In this document: positions 12,697 to 26,135 of the stretch, in pieces
Layout of the letters: each line of letters opens with the position of its first letter
Numbering within the stretch: the stretch's first letter is position 1
Assembly: GCF_033153115.1 (NCBI RefSeq)
Contig: NW_026889760.1
Location: 4,650,001 to 4,714,000, forward strand
Origin: Saccostrea echinata
Lineage: Eukaryota
Direction: 5' to 3'
DNA length: 64,000 nucleotides
Notes under the pieces: generated by a model
The model's database searches: none
What the model was told of the DNA's origin: nothing
Seen by the model: only the letters and a program-made list of their open reading frames with translations
Made by a program: the position numbers and the translations under genes

Positions 12697-14450
12697 ATGA
12701 AATATGAAGATAACGAACAGTAATCAAACCCAAAAGTCAAATTAAACAATACAAATTGTGAGCAGCTAAAACATAGACCCCTGAAAGCAGTGGTGAGATC
12801 AGCTGCTATGAAGGAGTGAGCATTCCCGGTCGACCGGTGATACACGGCGTGTGCCTCTTGTCATGATGAGATGACGTAAAAACATCGTACGCGGGTATGT
12901 TAAGGAAGCATATAAGTTAATTCTCTGGAAATTTAGACTTTTTAAAGAAAATTAAGTTTGATAATTTACCAAAACCGCTGATAAATGTAAAATATTATAA
13001 TTATCTATTGCATAAAGATAAAATAGTGTCTAACGCAAAGACGTGCACCACCACCACGGCATCACGTGACTTCTATTAATAGCAAAATTTTCCTTAGTAA
13101 AAATGCTAACAGAACAACAATACCCCGAAGTGTAATAATTTCTTTGAGTAAATAATATAGTTGGAAAACATCTATTTTGCCTAAAAAGTGCTGCTAGAAT
13201 CCCACTGTCCCGTCAGTCAAATAATAATTCCACACACTCGCACGAAACCTTACCCGATGTTTTGAATTTTATACATATAAACTGAGATTTTTCGTAAAAC
13301 CATGCTTAACTCGGGATTCTAGCAGCACTTTCCAAGTATTTTAGAAGGGAAACTTTCCATCTGTACAAATCTTATGTTTTGAAATATACAGCTTATTGTT
13401 GTTTTGCTGCATTATTTTTATCACAAATGACAGAGGAAAGGCCGACCGGGATACGTATATAGCTGACTGTCTTCAAAGAGAATACAATCGATGAAAATAA
13501 GTTAGCATACCTGTTTTAGTAACTGAACTCCATATGAATTTCACAAAATATTCAGAATATTTGCTTTTAAACTCCATTTTACGTATCTTTGTACATGCCG
13601 TCTTAGCCAAATTCTCTTTACACGACATGATCAATTCCCAAGTTACTTGAAGTACACATATTACGTCATCGGTGGTAGATTTTAATCAAAATGACAGATA
13701 CAGCATAACATAACATAACAGCATTTATTTTTGTTAATGTTTACACGTTTCTATTCATTTTCTAGAGTTAAATTACATCTCTAAATACGAATATTAAGAA
13801 AACTTGTATTCTAAAATTGACGTCATCTCGCCTACTATGACGTCATAATGTAGCACTGATTAAGTCAAGGTAGAATATTTTGTATGCTTCCTTATTACCC
13901 CTGCGAATTGTAGTGCAAATAATGATCTAACAATTTTGAATGAACGACGACAGTAAACGTACACCTATCGATAGTTTGTATTGGCAAGAAAGGCCATAGT
14001 ATTTGAAAAATAATGACTTTAAACGAGATTGTTGATATCTTCTTTCTATCAGCAACTTATTTGTCAATAGTCTGCCTTGTTTGAGAAATTGTTCTACGTA
14101 GATATACTCTACATAGTTTATGCTCTTGCAAATAGAATCAAGTGGGAAATATAAATCCCACATGCAGGTGATGATAATATATTGCTACATTAGTAAGGGA
14201 AGTTGACTATAAAAACTGGAGTCATCAGTTTATCATAAAGTTTAATTATTAGTTTACCATCAATATACTTTTCCGTAAAACATACAAATATGCAACATCT
14301 GTGTCAGACTACTTGGTGTCCTTCGTTTCAAGTTCAATGGAATATCAATGAAGGAATGAAAATGAATATTGTTAACTGATAAAATGTCGACGATATATCT
14401 AAATATGGAATTGCAGGCACCAGCAAGAAACTTTTCTGTTCACGTTAAAC
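12697..14450 (-). mobile_element. Degenerate Naiad-like Penelope element (RT C-terminus and 3' UTR) in intron of copy A
   Basis: Fragments RYIVDILS, KLYDK and QQSRLKSLFFKYYG; the 3' end TTCGTTATCTTCATATTTCAT is shared with the 45797 and 47265 ends; split by the 12904-13891 insertion. Confidence 0.7.
12904..13891. mobile_element. Kolobok-like non-autonomous DNA transposon
   Basis: TTAA|GGAAGCATA ... TATGCTTCC|TTAT: GG..CC termini with a TTAA-type target (one mismatch); it interrupts the Naiad remnant. Confidence 0.6.
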
Positions 14451-15459
14451 TTACCTTACTCCGACAAAATATATTTTCATGATATTTCATTCACGAGGAA
14501 AACATCATTAATTAATGTTAAGCAGAATTGGTGACCATGTTCTAGATGCTAGATCAATTAAATCAATCCAACTATTTTTTTCTTCTTTTAAATGACTTAA
14601 TATACAAATCAATTGCCATGTAATTGGTAGTTGACTATAATTGTATTTTTCGAATGATCGTGTATTTGTGGGTGACCCAAAGACTGAATTTGAAACGTTG
14701 ATTTCACTGTTCGTTGGAAAACAAAATTGTACCATTTTTTAGCTTTCTGTAAACTATTCCTACCTTTTTCGTAGCAAGCCTCTACGCATCGAGGGGACGA
14801 AACAACCAGCAAATGTGAGAGTTTTCCTGCACTTGAAAAAAATATGCTCCTTTTTTGATGAGAATGGTTTAAGGGCAAAAAGCGATTTAATTCTAATTGA
14901 GGAGTACTTTTTGAAGTCAGAAGACGAATTGGTTCATTCTCTAAAAGAAATTGCCAGTAGTGTTGAATCCATGAATGATAAAACTCGCTGTGATATTATG
15001 ATGTCAGGTGTAGCCAAATTGATTGGTTTCAATCATAGACTATTTACCAAACCTTTTCCTTTTGCGTCAATATGTACACAGTTGTTGAGAATATGTGGTT
15101 TGATTTTAAGTTCCACTTGGCACACTGACGGGATTGACGAATACGTGTGTGATTCAATTAGAAATCATTCAACTCTCAAGGCAGCTATTTCTAAAGATAT
15201 CCGATCCATGGAATGCTTTGCAGTCTTTCTTCGAGGAATTGAAAATGCAGAAAACATATCAGAAAGAAACATAAGGCAACTTATAACAGAGGGAAAGTTT
15301 TGTGAAGAAATAGCAAGTCTTGCAGAAACAAGAGGAAAAATAGAATACCTGACGACAAAGAATGCAAAGGTATCAGAAACTGTCGATCTTATGATAACTT
15401 TCATGAGAATGGCCATCCTTCAGCTGGTAGTTCTATGGCAGATGTATGCCTTAGCCAAA

Positions 15460-17973
15460 GAGCTAAAGCCACGAACCATCAAATTTGGCCCTGTGTTTTT
15501 CACAAAAATAAAGTTTTGATTCAACAAGAGTCCTATACATTAAATGTTAGAGGACGACATACTTATTTTCCATACGTAACTTATTTTGTTAAATAATGCG
15601 CCATTAGGCACGTGCGACGGTTGGAACATGCGATGGTGTGATAAAAGCGTTAAAAAATGCCGATTTTTCGACAGATTTTTCCAAAGTTAGTTGTGGCCAC
15701 AGTCAAGAACAACTTTTATACTTACCATAGATATAGATATTGCCGATACAAATCTTTATGCTTATTATCGTTGTTGTTCGTGGGTGTGGCCAATATGAAA
15801 TTTGATTTTATATTTAAATTTTGATGCATCAAATAATCACTAATTTGTGAATCAATCGTTAACATTTAATTCATACAATAAAAAATTATAAATTTCACAA
15901 AATATGCGAAAAAAGCAATTTATTGTTCGTTTAAAACGCTTATTGTGGAAAAAAAACCTCAAGAATAAACATTTTCTAAAATAAATATCTGGCAAAACAT
16001 TTTTTTTTATTGTGAATACATGTAGGTCCATTATATATGACGTTACTAATAATACGTCAGTTATGACGTCATAAAGGCTCTAAACTATTTGGAATGTTGC
16101 TGAAAAGTTTTTATGCTCTGGAATGCTGTCATTATTTGTATGATTTAAGCCCAACTGGATGATACCATCAGATTATTAATTATCAGAAATTCACGCCAAA
16201 TTGTTTTCTTTACTGCCCTTAACACACCCACCCCACCCCCACAATACCTGCTATTTTAAAGCTGTTATTAGACCTACAATTTTATATTTAAGCATTTTTT
16301 TAAATATATATTTATTTTTGACATTCTTGCGACAAGTTTAATAATGTTGTGCGTGTTAACAGACATGACTCAAATTGTAAACAAATTAAAAGAGAATGTA
16401 GCAAAGATATCACGCTAGACCTCTGTAAAACAAACGAAATAATAAAAACATAGCTTGCTGTGCAAAGTGAAAATTAAAAAAAAAAGGAATTAAAAAACGC
16501 ATTTGGATAATCATCTACATTTCGGCTAAACAGAATCTAGGTCACGGGCGCGGGTTCATCAAGTGCAAGTGTTTTGACGAAACCCGATATCGATACACAC
16601 ATGCATATATATTATAACTATATTCTTTTGTACCAGCATATATAAGCTATCGATATAATAACTGTATATTTTAAAAAATCCTCTGAGATGATTCTTATGC
16701 ATGTAACACAAAAGGGTGAATTTCCATCCTGCTTCAAAAGCATATATATTTTTCAATATGTCTGCATTTAATAAATTCGAAGAGAGGATATTGATGATGC
16801 ATGTGTACATATAACACATAAGTGATTTTGTCATCATTTGTGAAACATAATTCAGTTACACCCCAGTGAGCAAAAATGCATAAAAAATATCAGAGTATGT
16901 CTTAGAAATCCAGTATAAAATGTTTATGCATATTTTACTGTGCTCCAAATATTTTATTGTTACTATCACAATATAAATAATTTATGCTTCTGATCGTCAG
17001 ATAGTTGGGAGTAGTGGTTTTAAATCTATTTAGACAAAATAAAGAATAGAAATAAATAAAATAAAGTACACTACATATAAATTACTCGTAAGTTTTTTTT
17101 TATCTGCCACCATTTCTTCATTGCGACTGTAAGTATGCAGTTTTGTTTTATCTAAGAATTCAGCACCATGAAATCTCATAGAGAGAGAAAGAGAGAGAGA
17201 GAGAGATTCCTTAAAATGTTTTTAAAACTCAAAACAATAAACCAAGAATATATTCTTTGAAACGTATGGGCGTAAGTTGTTTATAGCTGGTTATTTTATA
17301 CCCAATGAAGTAGATTTTTTTTTTATAATACATGAAATAATAATATTTTTTAAATCTATTGTCAGCTTATTCTGGTATAGTACACTTGTACCTCCTTCCT
17401 CAGTATTAATTAATTATTAGTATCATGATATGTAAAAAGGACTTATCGGGGGGGGGGGGGGTAGATCCAAGACTTCCAGTTGAGGTTGAAAAAAAAGGGG
17501 GGGGGGTCACAAACTAATGACAGCAAAACTTGCAATTAATGTAATTATTTAAAGTTTAATCCCATAAGTTGTCTTGAATTTAAATTTCTTTATTGTTTAT
17601 TAATTGAAATCAATCTAGAAATTGAAAATTGCTTTATACTTTCCTACTCCTCTCATTTTTTTTCTCAGTGAGAAGGGGAGGGGTGCCCGGTTCATAAAGA
17701 AAACTGAAAAGAAAATATAGGGACAGCTCTTATTGTTTCTGAGGGTGTTACCTTTTTAAGCAAGATTTTGTTGAATAAAATCAATCTTGCGCTGATTGCA
17801 GGACGATAAGACAAGGATAAATGAACACCCGTACATGTCTTTCACTTATGACTGTGACCCACATCATGGCCGTAGGAACCGGAAGGGGGGTGATAATTTT
17901 GCCGATATATAGATTACTATCATAAACATAGATACTATATGCTTGTGCCCCTCAATAAAAACGTCTGGTGACC

Positions 17974-18004
<31 letters not shown>

Positions 18005-19585
18005 TGTCAGGAAATTTTTGGTAGTGCCTCCTCAACTGTCAACTGAAAATGTATGGCTGAGCCCCCCCCCCCCCCAAATGAATTTGCTTCCTACGGGCCT
18101 GCACATATCAGCAATATAAATGTAGCTCTACTCTTTTTATAAACCATAAAAACCATTATGTGCAATGAAATCGAAAGTAGGAATTTTACACTATAGTTAC
18201 GTATGCTAAAAACGAATATTTGCTCAAGTTTAATTATTTTGTACATTTACATGAAAAATAATCATATAATTTTCGCAGATTTCTATCTTTACAAATTCCT
18301 TGCAATTAAGATATTTGGGAGAGAAATATTCGAATATTTTGCAAGAGAAGGGGGGGGGGTTCTAGCAAATATCGATAAATATAAAATAATGAACAGGGCT
18401 GATTTATTTTCTGCTTTAGCCTTAAATTAGTGATTTTTAACAGGTTTATCTTTCTTAAGAATATTTTTTTGGAAATGTATTCCATATTATTCCAAAGAAA
18501 CTCACATTTAGGGCGACAATGTTTTGATGAGTTTTGTTTGCTTAATAAACCATTCTGATAAGTTGCGACACCCCTTTTCAATTAATCTATGTCTCTGTTT
18601 CGAAAACGACGTTCAAAATATTGTTACAAATGAAACAAGTCTTTCCAACTTTTTACTTCCTCCCTTTTTCCAAATCATTTAGAACTTTTATATGTTAAAA
18701 TACTCGCAAGTTAAGGATCTAAGAATTTCGCATTAAAAGTCTATTTCCATTTAAACAATTTTTTTTTTGCAATTACTTCTATCCATTTATTGAATTACAT
18801 TGTAGTTCTTCAGTTTAGAAACATTCGTTTTAAGATCATTTCAGGTATCTCGTTATTTTTTTTTTCTGACTGCCCTCTTCCCCACTTTGAAAAACAAACT
18901 TCGTGCCTGGACGCGCATTCCAAAGATCAGCTAATATTTGCAGGCGTGTAGGAAAAAGTCCGGAAAACTAAGTTGGACAGGCTATCGTCATTTGAAGCAA
19001 GTCGTATGTTTTTTTTAATGATGTTCAATACTCAATACTTACATGTAATTAGGAGCGATGCATCGCACAAAAATGTGTTCAAGGGATAGAAATACAATGT
19101 TCCTTCTTAAAAATTATATTAGCATAGGGACCAGGTAGAGTGAAAACTTTCCGAGACAGTAACACAGATTATTTTTACTGTACATGTATCTATAAATTTC
19201 AATCAGTTAAACACGCAGTTGCCATCAAGACTGCGATGTGAAATCAATTTCCAACTGTCCTTAATTGTCTTAAATTAACTATGAAGTTTATTAGTAAGAT
19301 AATAAATATCTATCCCAATCAATACTAGTTTTAATTCAAAGTCACATATGTAAAATCGCTCAAGGTAATTTTTCCGCCCTACGACGTTACGTCTCAAAAA
19401 ATGACGTTCTACTAGCATTTTTCTTTTAAAACACCGTCATACTTCAAACTCTCTTTTTCAAAAAATATAATCGATATCGAAAAAAGAAAAACGGCAAAGA
19501 AAAGCTAAAAGTCTACACTATCAATTGACAAAACCCCATTACTTTTTGAGACAGGGCCATTTTTGATGGTTCGTGGCTCTTGCTC
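15460..19585. mobile_element. Non-autonomous Spy-like (PHIS group) DNA transposon, no TSD
   Basis: 35-bp TIR GAGCTAAAGCCACGAACCATCAAATTTGGCCCTGT (31/35 match to the right end). Inserted exactly between AAA and TTT; removal restores GCC AAA TTT CCT GGA (A-K-F-P-G; paralogue A-N-F-P-G). No transposase ORF was seen. Confidence 0.85.
17865..18101. mobile_element. Second copy of the 5-bp-TSD element, nested in the Spy-like element
   Basis: Reverse complement of 682-1003; CACAT is duplicated at 17860-17864 and 18102-18106. Confidence 0.78.
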
Positions 19586-21359
19586 TTTCCTGGACACAGT
19601 GACAAAGAGGCTGAAACCGTACGCTGTATAATAATGCTGCAGAACAGAAATGATCAAAAATTTATTGAAACCTTTTATGGAAAGTATGCGTCCTCCATGA
19701 GCCCCGATGACCTTTCCTTGTTCAAAGATTACTCTAAATGTTTAGGGTATGATCTAGACAAGCATAATCCATACAATGAAAATAAAATTCATACAATGGA
19801 AGTTAAAAAAGGATCATGGAAGCAAAGATTCAAAAGCTTGCATATGGTGATTATACCCCTCCTTGAAACAATTTGCAAAGATCACTTGCTGACAATTCGA
19901 AAGAAGAAATAGACAAGAAACATCTCATATTTAACGTTTAACTTTGATAGAAGATCTTTCAAGAAATGAACATTAAATTGTTTAATGNNNNNNNNNNNNN
20001 NNNNNNNNNNNNNNNNNNNNNNNNNNNNNNNNNNNNNNNNNNNNNNNNNNNNNNNNNNNNNNNNNNNNNNNNNNNNNNNNNNNNNNNNNNNNNNNNNNNN
20101 NNNNNNNNNNNNNNNNNNNNNNNNNNNNNNNNNNNNNNNNNNNNNNNNNNNNCCTTTTACAGTTCTCTCTTGTTGCATGTCTTCATAATGCAGATAACAT
20201 CAGAAGGCTGATGATATCCCGCATCATTCTAAAAACTTGCAGACAATTAATTTATATTTTGAATGAAGAAAAAACACTTACCAACGGTACAAGAGTAAGA
20301 ACACTTCAAGATGTTTTCAGCCTTTTTCCAAATCGAAGCACAAAGTTTATAATGTGAAACCTAACATAATTATTTTTAAGAAAACAAAAGCCCGTGTCTT
20401 CATTAATGTTTTTAATGAACATTGTAGTGACATATATACATGTATACTTTTTTTAAAAATTTCAAACGCAAGGAATGTGATATATTGTTCACGAAATATT
20501 TGAAACTCTGTGAAAAAATATCAAGAATGATGTTCACATTACTTTCCTTAGAAGTTTCGAAATCTCAAAGAGCTAAATTAACGCTAAGTGAAATTATGCG
20601 AATTACGTAAAATGAAATGAAAAAACAAGCTAATATAAAGCGCAAACGCTTAATGAACAGAAAGTAAACAGTAAGTAAATACGGAATAAAAGAACATGTA
20701 CAGTCAATGACACAATCTGAAATTTATTAAATTGTTTTTAGCATTATATCAGACCAAGATAAGTAATTGACAACATCACTTGCATGTTTTTTTCACGCTG
20801 TTAATTTATAATCAATTTTGATACCTATTCACTAACACTTCCTTGCTTTTAAACATTTTTCCTGAAGTGATATAAGAAGTTCCCTATTCTGAAAATGAAC
20901 AAGATAAGCTGAATATGTTCAACTTCACAGAATATACCTTTTTTCAAAGTCAATAAAACATATTTCTTCAGTGTTAGATTTTCCATAATACTTAACAGCA
21001 AAATGCAAGCTGAATACTTACATCAAATTCGATTAATTATGAATGAAACCCTCATGGAGGCGTGGGCTCAGAGCAAACAAAGAGCGAATCAAAGAATATC
21101 GATAGGAAAACCCTAAGAAAGAGAAGGTTGTGCAAACGTAGAATGAGTACGAAAAGGGAAGAAGGGACTTTCCATTGATTACGCATTTATTTATTAATTG
21201 CCACTGTTGTATTTTTAAGTCCAGTCCACAAAATTATTGACACATAGTATACTATTAAAATTTTTAATCCCTCATGTTTAATATTTCAAGATTGTTGACT
21301 TTCGAACTTTTTACGGTTGTTTTAATTTCACGCTCACTGAATTTCTCATTAGTGTTTTG

Positions 21360-21518
21360 ACCGTTCGTGGTAGCTCAGTCGGTAGAGCGCTCGCTCCGTG
21401 ATTGGGAGGTCGTGAGTTAAACCGATACCCCGTGTTACGGCAGGCTTTGGTGACGTCTCTATATGAGCGAAAAATTATCGAATGGAATGTTAAACAACAT
21501 ACATGTACAATCAATCAA
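21360..21518 (+). mobile_element. Internally deleted Meta+Deu SINE
   Basis: Head and tail match the 6326 element with the middle missing; imperfect TSD TCATTAGT(G/A)TTT. Confidence 0.8.
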
Positions 21519-23441
21519 TCATTAGTATTTAATTTTTTTTAAAAATCTTTTTAAAAAAGGAAAGTTATGGTAAATTAATTGTATCGGTAAATTATTAATA
21601 AAAGCTTTAGATCTAACTTTTAGCATCCGTTGTTATTTACCTCGCGGTTCCCAATGATTTTCGATGGTTCACTATTTTACTTTAACAACGGAATATGAAA
21701 AGAAAATTCTAAAAGGTATCGTATGTATTTGATAAACGAATCCAACATGAATAGGACAACAATATTCACGACGGTTTAATGTTCGCGGAAAATTTTTTGA
21801 TCGCGAATTGATGAAAATAAAACCACCGTAATGTATTTCATTTTTATGGTATTCTTTTGGATAGTGTTACCTGTACTTTGACCATTTAGATGACTTATGA
21901 GTGATAATTTAAATAAATTCGATGGAAATGAAATTTTAAATGAATCTGGCTAGGAAATCCTATCATAGAATACTGAAATATATTAATTAGAATGGCAATT
22001 GCTCAATTAATGATTTGTATTACCAGCTATGGATGTATTTTACTTTCATATTATTTTCTGCGCATGTAATGTCATACAACCAAATAATTTAAATTATAAC
22101 TCTTACAAATATATGAACCAATCTATTCCATTGTATCTGTTGTGGAAAATATTTTTCATAAAAAAAATGTTGTTTTCATTATGCTTTCTAAATTAAAACC
22201 GATAAAACGACAGGGATGAGGTTCGTAGTGGACGTAAGCATTACTCCGACTTGTTAACCTCATGCCATGTTTTCAGGGGTCCCTGTTTTTGTCCTGTTCG
22301 CACTTTTTTTATAATGCCCGCTTTTAGTTTAATTCCCCAACTATCTACGCTCTGCAATCTAGGATTTAAATTTAATCATAAAAATAACTGCTATGTATGT
22401 CATTTAATGAATTTATCACACTTTCTGCATGAAGCAGTTCAAAGTTTCAATCGTTTGATGGACCTTTGAAAAGTTCAGAAAATAAAACATTAAGTCCAAT
22501 GGAAGGAATATAGTATGCATCTCCTACCAAACAATTTTAAGCTTCACTTTCGGGGTTACATGTATCGTTCTTGCCTGAGAATAGATAGCAAAGGCTGTCA
22601 CACTGTCTACAGTTGGGTTCCGTATAACCAGAGAGAACAGACCTATCTGATATTCTGTACAAGTATGACCCTAATAAAGCATAGAAAAGCGCAAAACGTA
22701 CAGTAATTTGTCTTTTTTTAAATTAGTTTAAAAATTATTTTATTCATGATTTACATTATAGTATATACAATGAACATGGATTAAACAGCAAAATAGGCAA
22801 ATAGGCAAAAGAGGCCTATATTAGCTCTCTACATTTTTTGAAATTAAAGGAGATAAGAGAGCAGCACGTAATTTGAAAATTTATTTTTACTTTTAAAATT
22901 TCGATTAGATCCGGTATATTAATATCAATAATTAATATAATTCATAATATTTGATAATTTTAATGTGATTTTTTTTTTTTTTTTTTTGGCTAAATAGATC
23001 CTCATTAATTCAAAATGATCTTTGAATAAATGTATGGTGGATAACCTAGAACAATGAAGAGTTTACTCAATAATTATAAATAGTATTTTCTTGATCAGTC
23101 GTTTAGATAAAAAAAAAACATTTTATATAGGCCGCCTTCTTTTAAATACAATAGTTACCTAGTTGTCTAGCAAATTCATAATCCTTTATATTTAAACTTA
23201 TTTAAATATGTCCATGTTTTAAATAGGATAAATATCTAAAAATTTATTAATTAATTATATTCATTATCACAATTCATCATTATTTATCAATTTATTATAT
23301 CATAAATTATAATGTGAATTATAGGTGATAATTAAAAAGAAAATTAAAATAAAACTAATTAAGAAACACAAACTTGAATTGGTCATGTCTATACATTATT
23401 GCATAGAAGGGAAAATCAGTGAGAAAGTCTAAAACTAACGG

Positions 23442-23726
23442 GTCGCCCGCGTGGCACAGTGGTTACCTAGGGTCGCGCTTGTAAGGAGTTGATCCTAATG
23501 TCGCGAGTTCGAATCCCACTGTGGGACGTGGAGACCGGTCCTTCGGGATGAGACCGTATAAACCGAGGTCCAGTGTCGCAGTAGGTGCTGGCACGAAAAA
23601 GATCCCTCACTGCTCAATGAGTATAGGTCAAAATTTGCAGCTCTCCACTGGCACGTGGTAGCGTCTCCATATAAGTGAAAAATTCTCGAGAGGGACGTTA
23701 AACAACAATAAACAAACAAACAAACA
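23442..23726 (+). mobile_element. Deu-domain SINE, second family
   Basis: Homologous to 10144-10448; TSD-like TAAAACTAACGG / TAAAACAAACGG. Confidence 0.83.
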
Positions 23727-23885
23727 TAAAACAAACGGAAAAGGTGAAGGTAAAGGACCGTGAACAATCTAATAAATTCTATAAACAATAAAAATGGTAC
23801 AGGACAAAAACATGGACCCTTTGAAACAACGAATATGGACTCATGTGCTTAGGAAGAGCAGGCATCCCCGTCGACCAGCCATAGC

Positions 23886-24917
23886 CACAGTACTGTTAAG
23901 GTGTCAAATGGAAATATCAGCGAATTTTCCAAATAGAAAATATATTCTTTACAAGGATGGGCGTTTCTTTTTAGGACTTTACTATTATCAGACAAATGCA
24001 ATGTGGTTTAAAAACTACATGTTGAGAACGATTAGATTTCTTATTTAGACTTGTCACGTGATGTGGCAGTCACGTGATTTTAGCAAATATACCTGAAGTA
24101 TTGAGGTCATCTATAAATTCTAATATTGCAAGGGCATAACCAAGTTCATAATCTAAGTTTAACATATAATTATTTTCAACACTCTTTGTAGTTTGTGAAA
24201 AGTGCTGCTAACCTATATAGATTCTACTATCTAATTGCTAACATTACATTTGTTAGACCGTATGTTGAATATTTTGCTGGTCAAGTACATTAAATATAGA
24301 TATAATTAATTCATTTGCAAAATTTCAACAGGTTCGCAGCACTTTTCAAATATCTTCATACTTTTTGAGTTTATGTGTAAAAGCTTGTCATAATTCATTA
24401 AGGGAATGCCCTTGCAATATATCGATTTATTACGACCCTTCTATTACCCTTCAATGAATCTGCATACAAATGTACGACAGTATCGCTTGTCTAGGGAATA
24501 TACGGGAAGTATATGAATAAAATCATAAAATAGACTTGCATCCAAGTTAATGACCTCTTATATATCTGCAAATAATATCTTATTTAATTACAAAATACAT
24601 TTCTCATTGTATAAAATATAACTTGATCCGCCTCTCACTGCATACAAACTGCGTCAAATTTTACGATATGACGTCATATTGACAAGTGCATTGCAATCAG
24701 TGAATTGTTTATATATTGCTGTGTTGGATTTAACCAACGACAACAATGCATGCACAAGTTAGTATTGAGGTAGTTTAAAGCTATTCAACATTTTAAAATA
24801 GGAAATCATTTCATTTTGTGGTAATTTGAAGACGTGGTATTTTTGTTTGATGTCCTAGTAAGCATTTCCCGTATAAATTAGGCCCCGCCTCCTTACTGCA
24901 GCCTTAACTGTGCTGCA
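23886..24917 (+). mobile_element. ~1-kb non-autonomous TIR element (EnSpm/CACTA-like by termini), inserted in a Naiad 3' remnant
   Basis: Ends CACAGTACTGTTAAGG ... CCTTAACTGTGCTGCA; colinear (inverted) with 49407-50433. Confidence 0.72.
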
Positions 24918-25006
24918 AGTGAGGCTCATGTTTGTTCTTTCACTTTAACTAGTAAAGTTATTATAAAGTAAAGTAAATAAAAGTTGTTATATAATGAAGA
25001 TATTAA

Positions 25007-25933
25007 GGTATGTCACTCGTCAGCTTTTTAGAAAAGTTCAATCAGATCCTTTAACTTCAAAACTATTTATTACAATTCAATTTTTATAACATATTTAGTT
25101 TAAACAATGCAAATTATTTAACATCCAGTTAAAAAACTGCTCATAAATACATAAAGAAGCAAGATTTATGAGGGACTATTACTTGTGGTGGAAGGATATT
25201 TAGAAGAAAATTCTTCAAATCTACACATTTTTTAAACTTAATATATTGGAACTTTCGCCCCACATATTTTTACTTAGAGAATATTTTACGTTATGATATG
25301 CTGGGAATATTAGATATACATGTAGATCTCAATTTATATTTTTAGAACAAATTTTATACATTCACTCAACATACTTTGCCAAGTAATGAAGATATATTAA
25401 AGAAGTCAAGATAAAATTTACGCCGTTTTTTGCTTGAAAATCGCACATTTTGACCAATATCTCAAAATTTACATCACTGACCCCAACTTTTTCCTCTATT
25501 ATTTTTAAAAGCACGATAATTCCTACCGATCAGCAACTAAGTCATTAGAAGTTTGATACAAGAAAATATTTAATTGTCTATTTCTTATACCCCAAATGTG
25601 ATACTTTTTTAGTGCAAAAAGGTCACACAATAATTTATGCGCATAAATTTGCATGATTTGTTCAATGATAAATATTATTCAAACTGTTTTACGTAAATTA
25701 GAATTATATCTATTGCCATAATTACATCTGATAAAATATGATAAAGATTAAAGTGATTAACCAAAGAGTTACAATTTAAGTGCAAAAAGGTCAATTTAAT
25801 TGTACCGTAGCCCAGTAAGATGCACACTAACCCCCCATTTTCTATGCAATTTTGAGTCATGCTATATGAGTACTTATCTAAAATATACATCTCAAAAAAT
25901 CCTTGATATAACTAATTTCACGAGTGACATACC
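25007..25933. mobile_element. Kolobok-like non-autonomous DNA transposon
   Basis: Perfect 14-bp TIR GGTATGTCACTCGT flanked by TTAA at 25003-25006 and 25934-25937. Confidence 0.8.
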
Positions 25934-26135
25934 TTAACCATAAGTTAATCATATCTTTTAGTATACATAAGTGATGAAAAATCACTTATCAAATATGACA
26001 TTGTTGAAAAGCAATACATTTTCATATTTTATGTAATTCTTGTAATAAATGAAATGCATTTGATACCTAAATTAATTTAAATGTTGTTTTTTTTTTCTTA
26101 TTAAATGAGTTAGATATCCTAATACAGTTTGATTA

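Larger units (their letters stand above)
14775..19912 (+). pseudogene. Disabled last exon of toxin-like copy A (second helical domain): 14775-15459 joined to 19586-19912
   Basis: Colinear with 41301-42302. There is one extra A in the run at ~14836-14842 (frameshift) and a 4126-bp insertion at 15460-19585. It also lies downstream of the TAA at 12321. Confidence 0.85.

Noticed and set aside
15460-15519. Novel C-terminus ELKPRTIKFGPVFFTKIKF, and a separate 110-aa gene at 19580-19912
   Set aside because: Read-through into the transposon TIR; the 19580 ORF is the displaced second half of the same exon.
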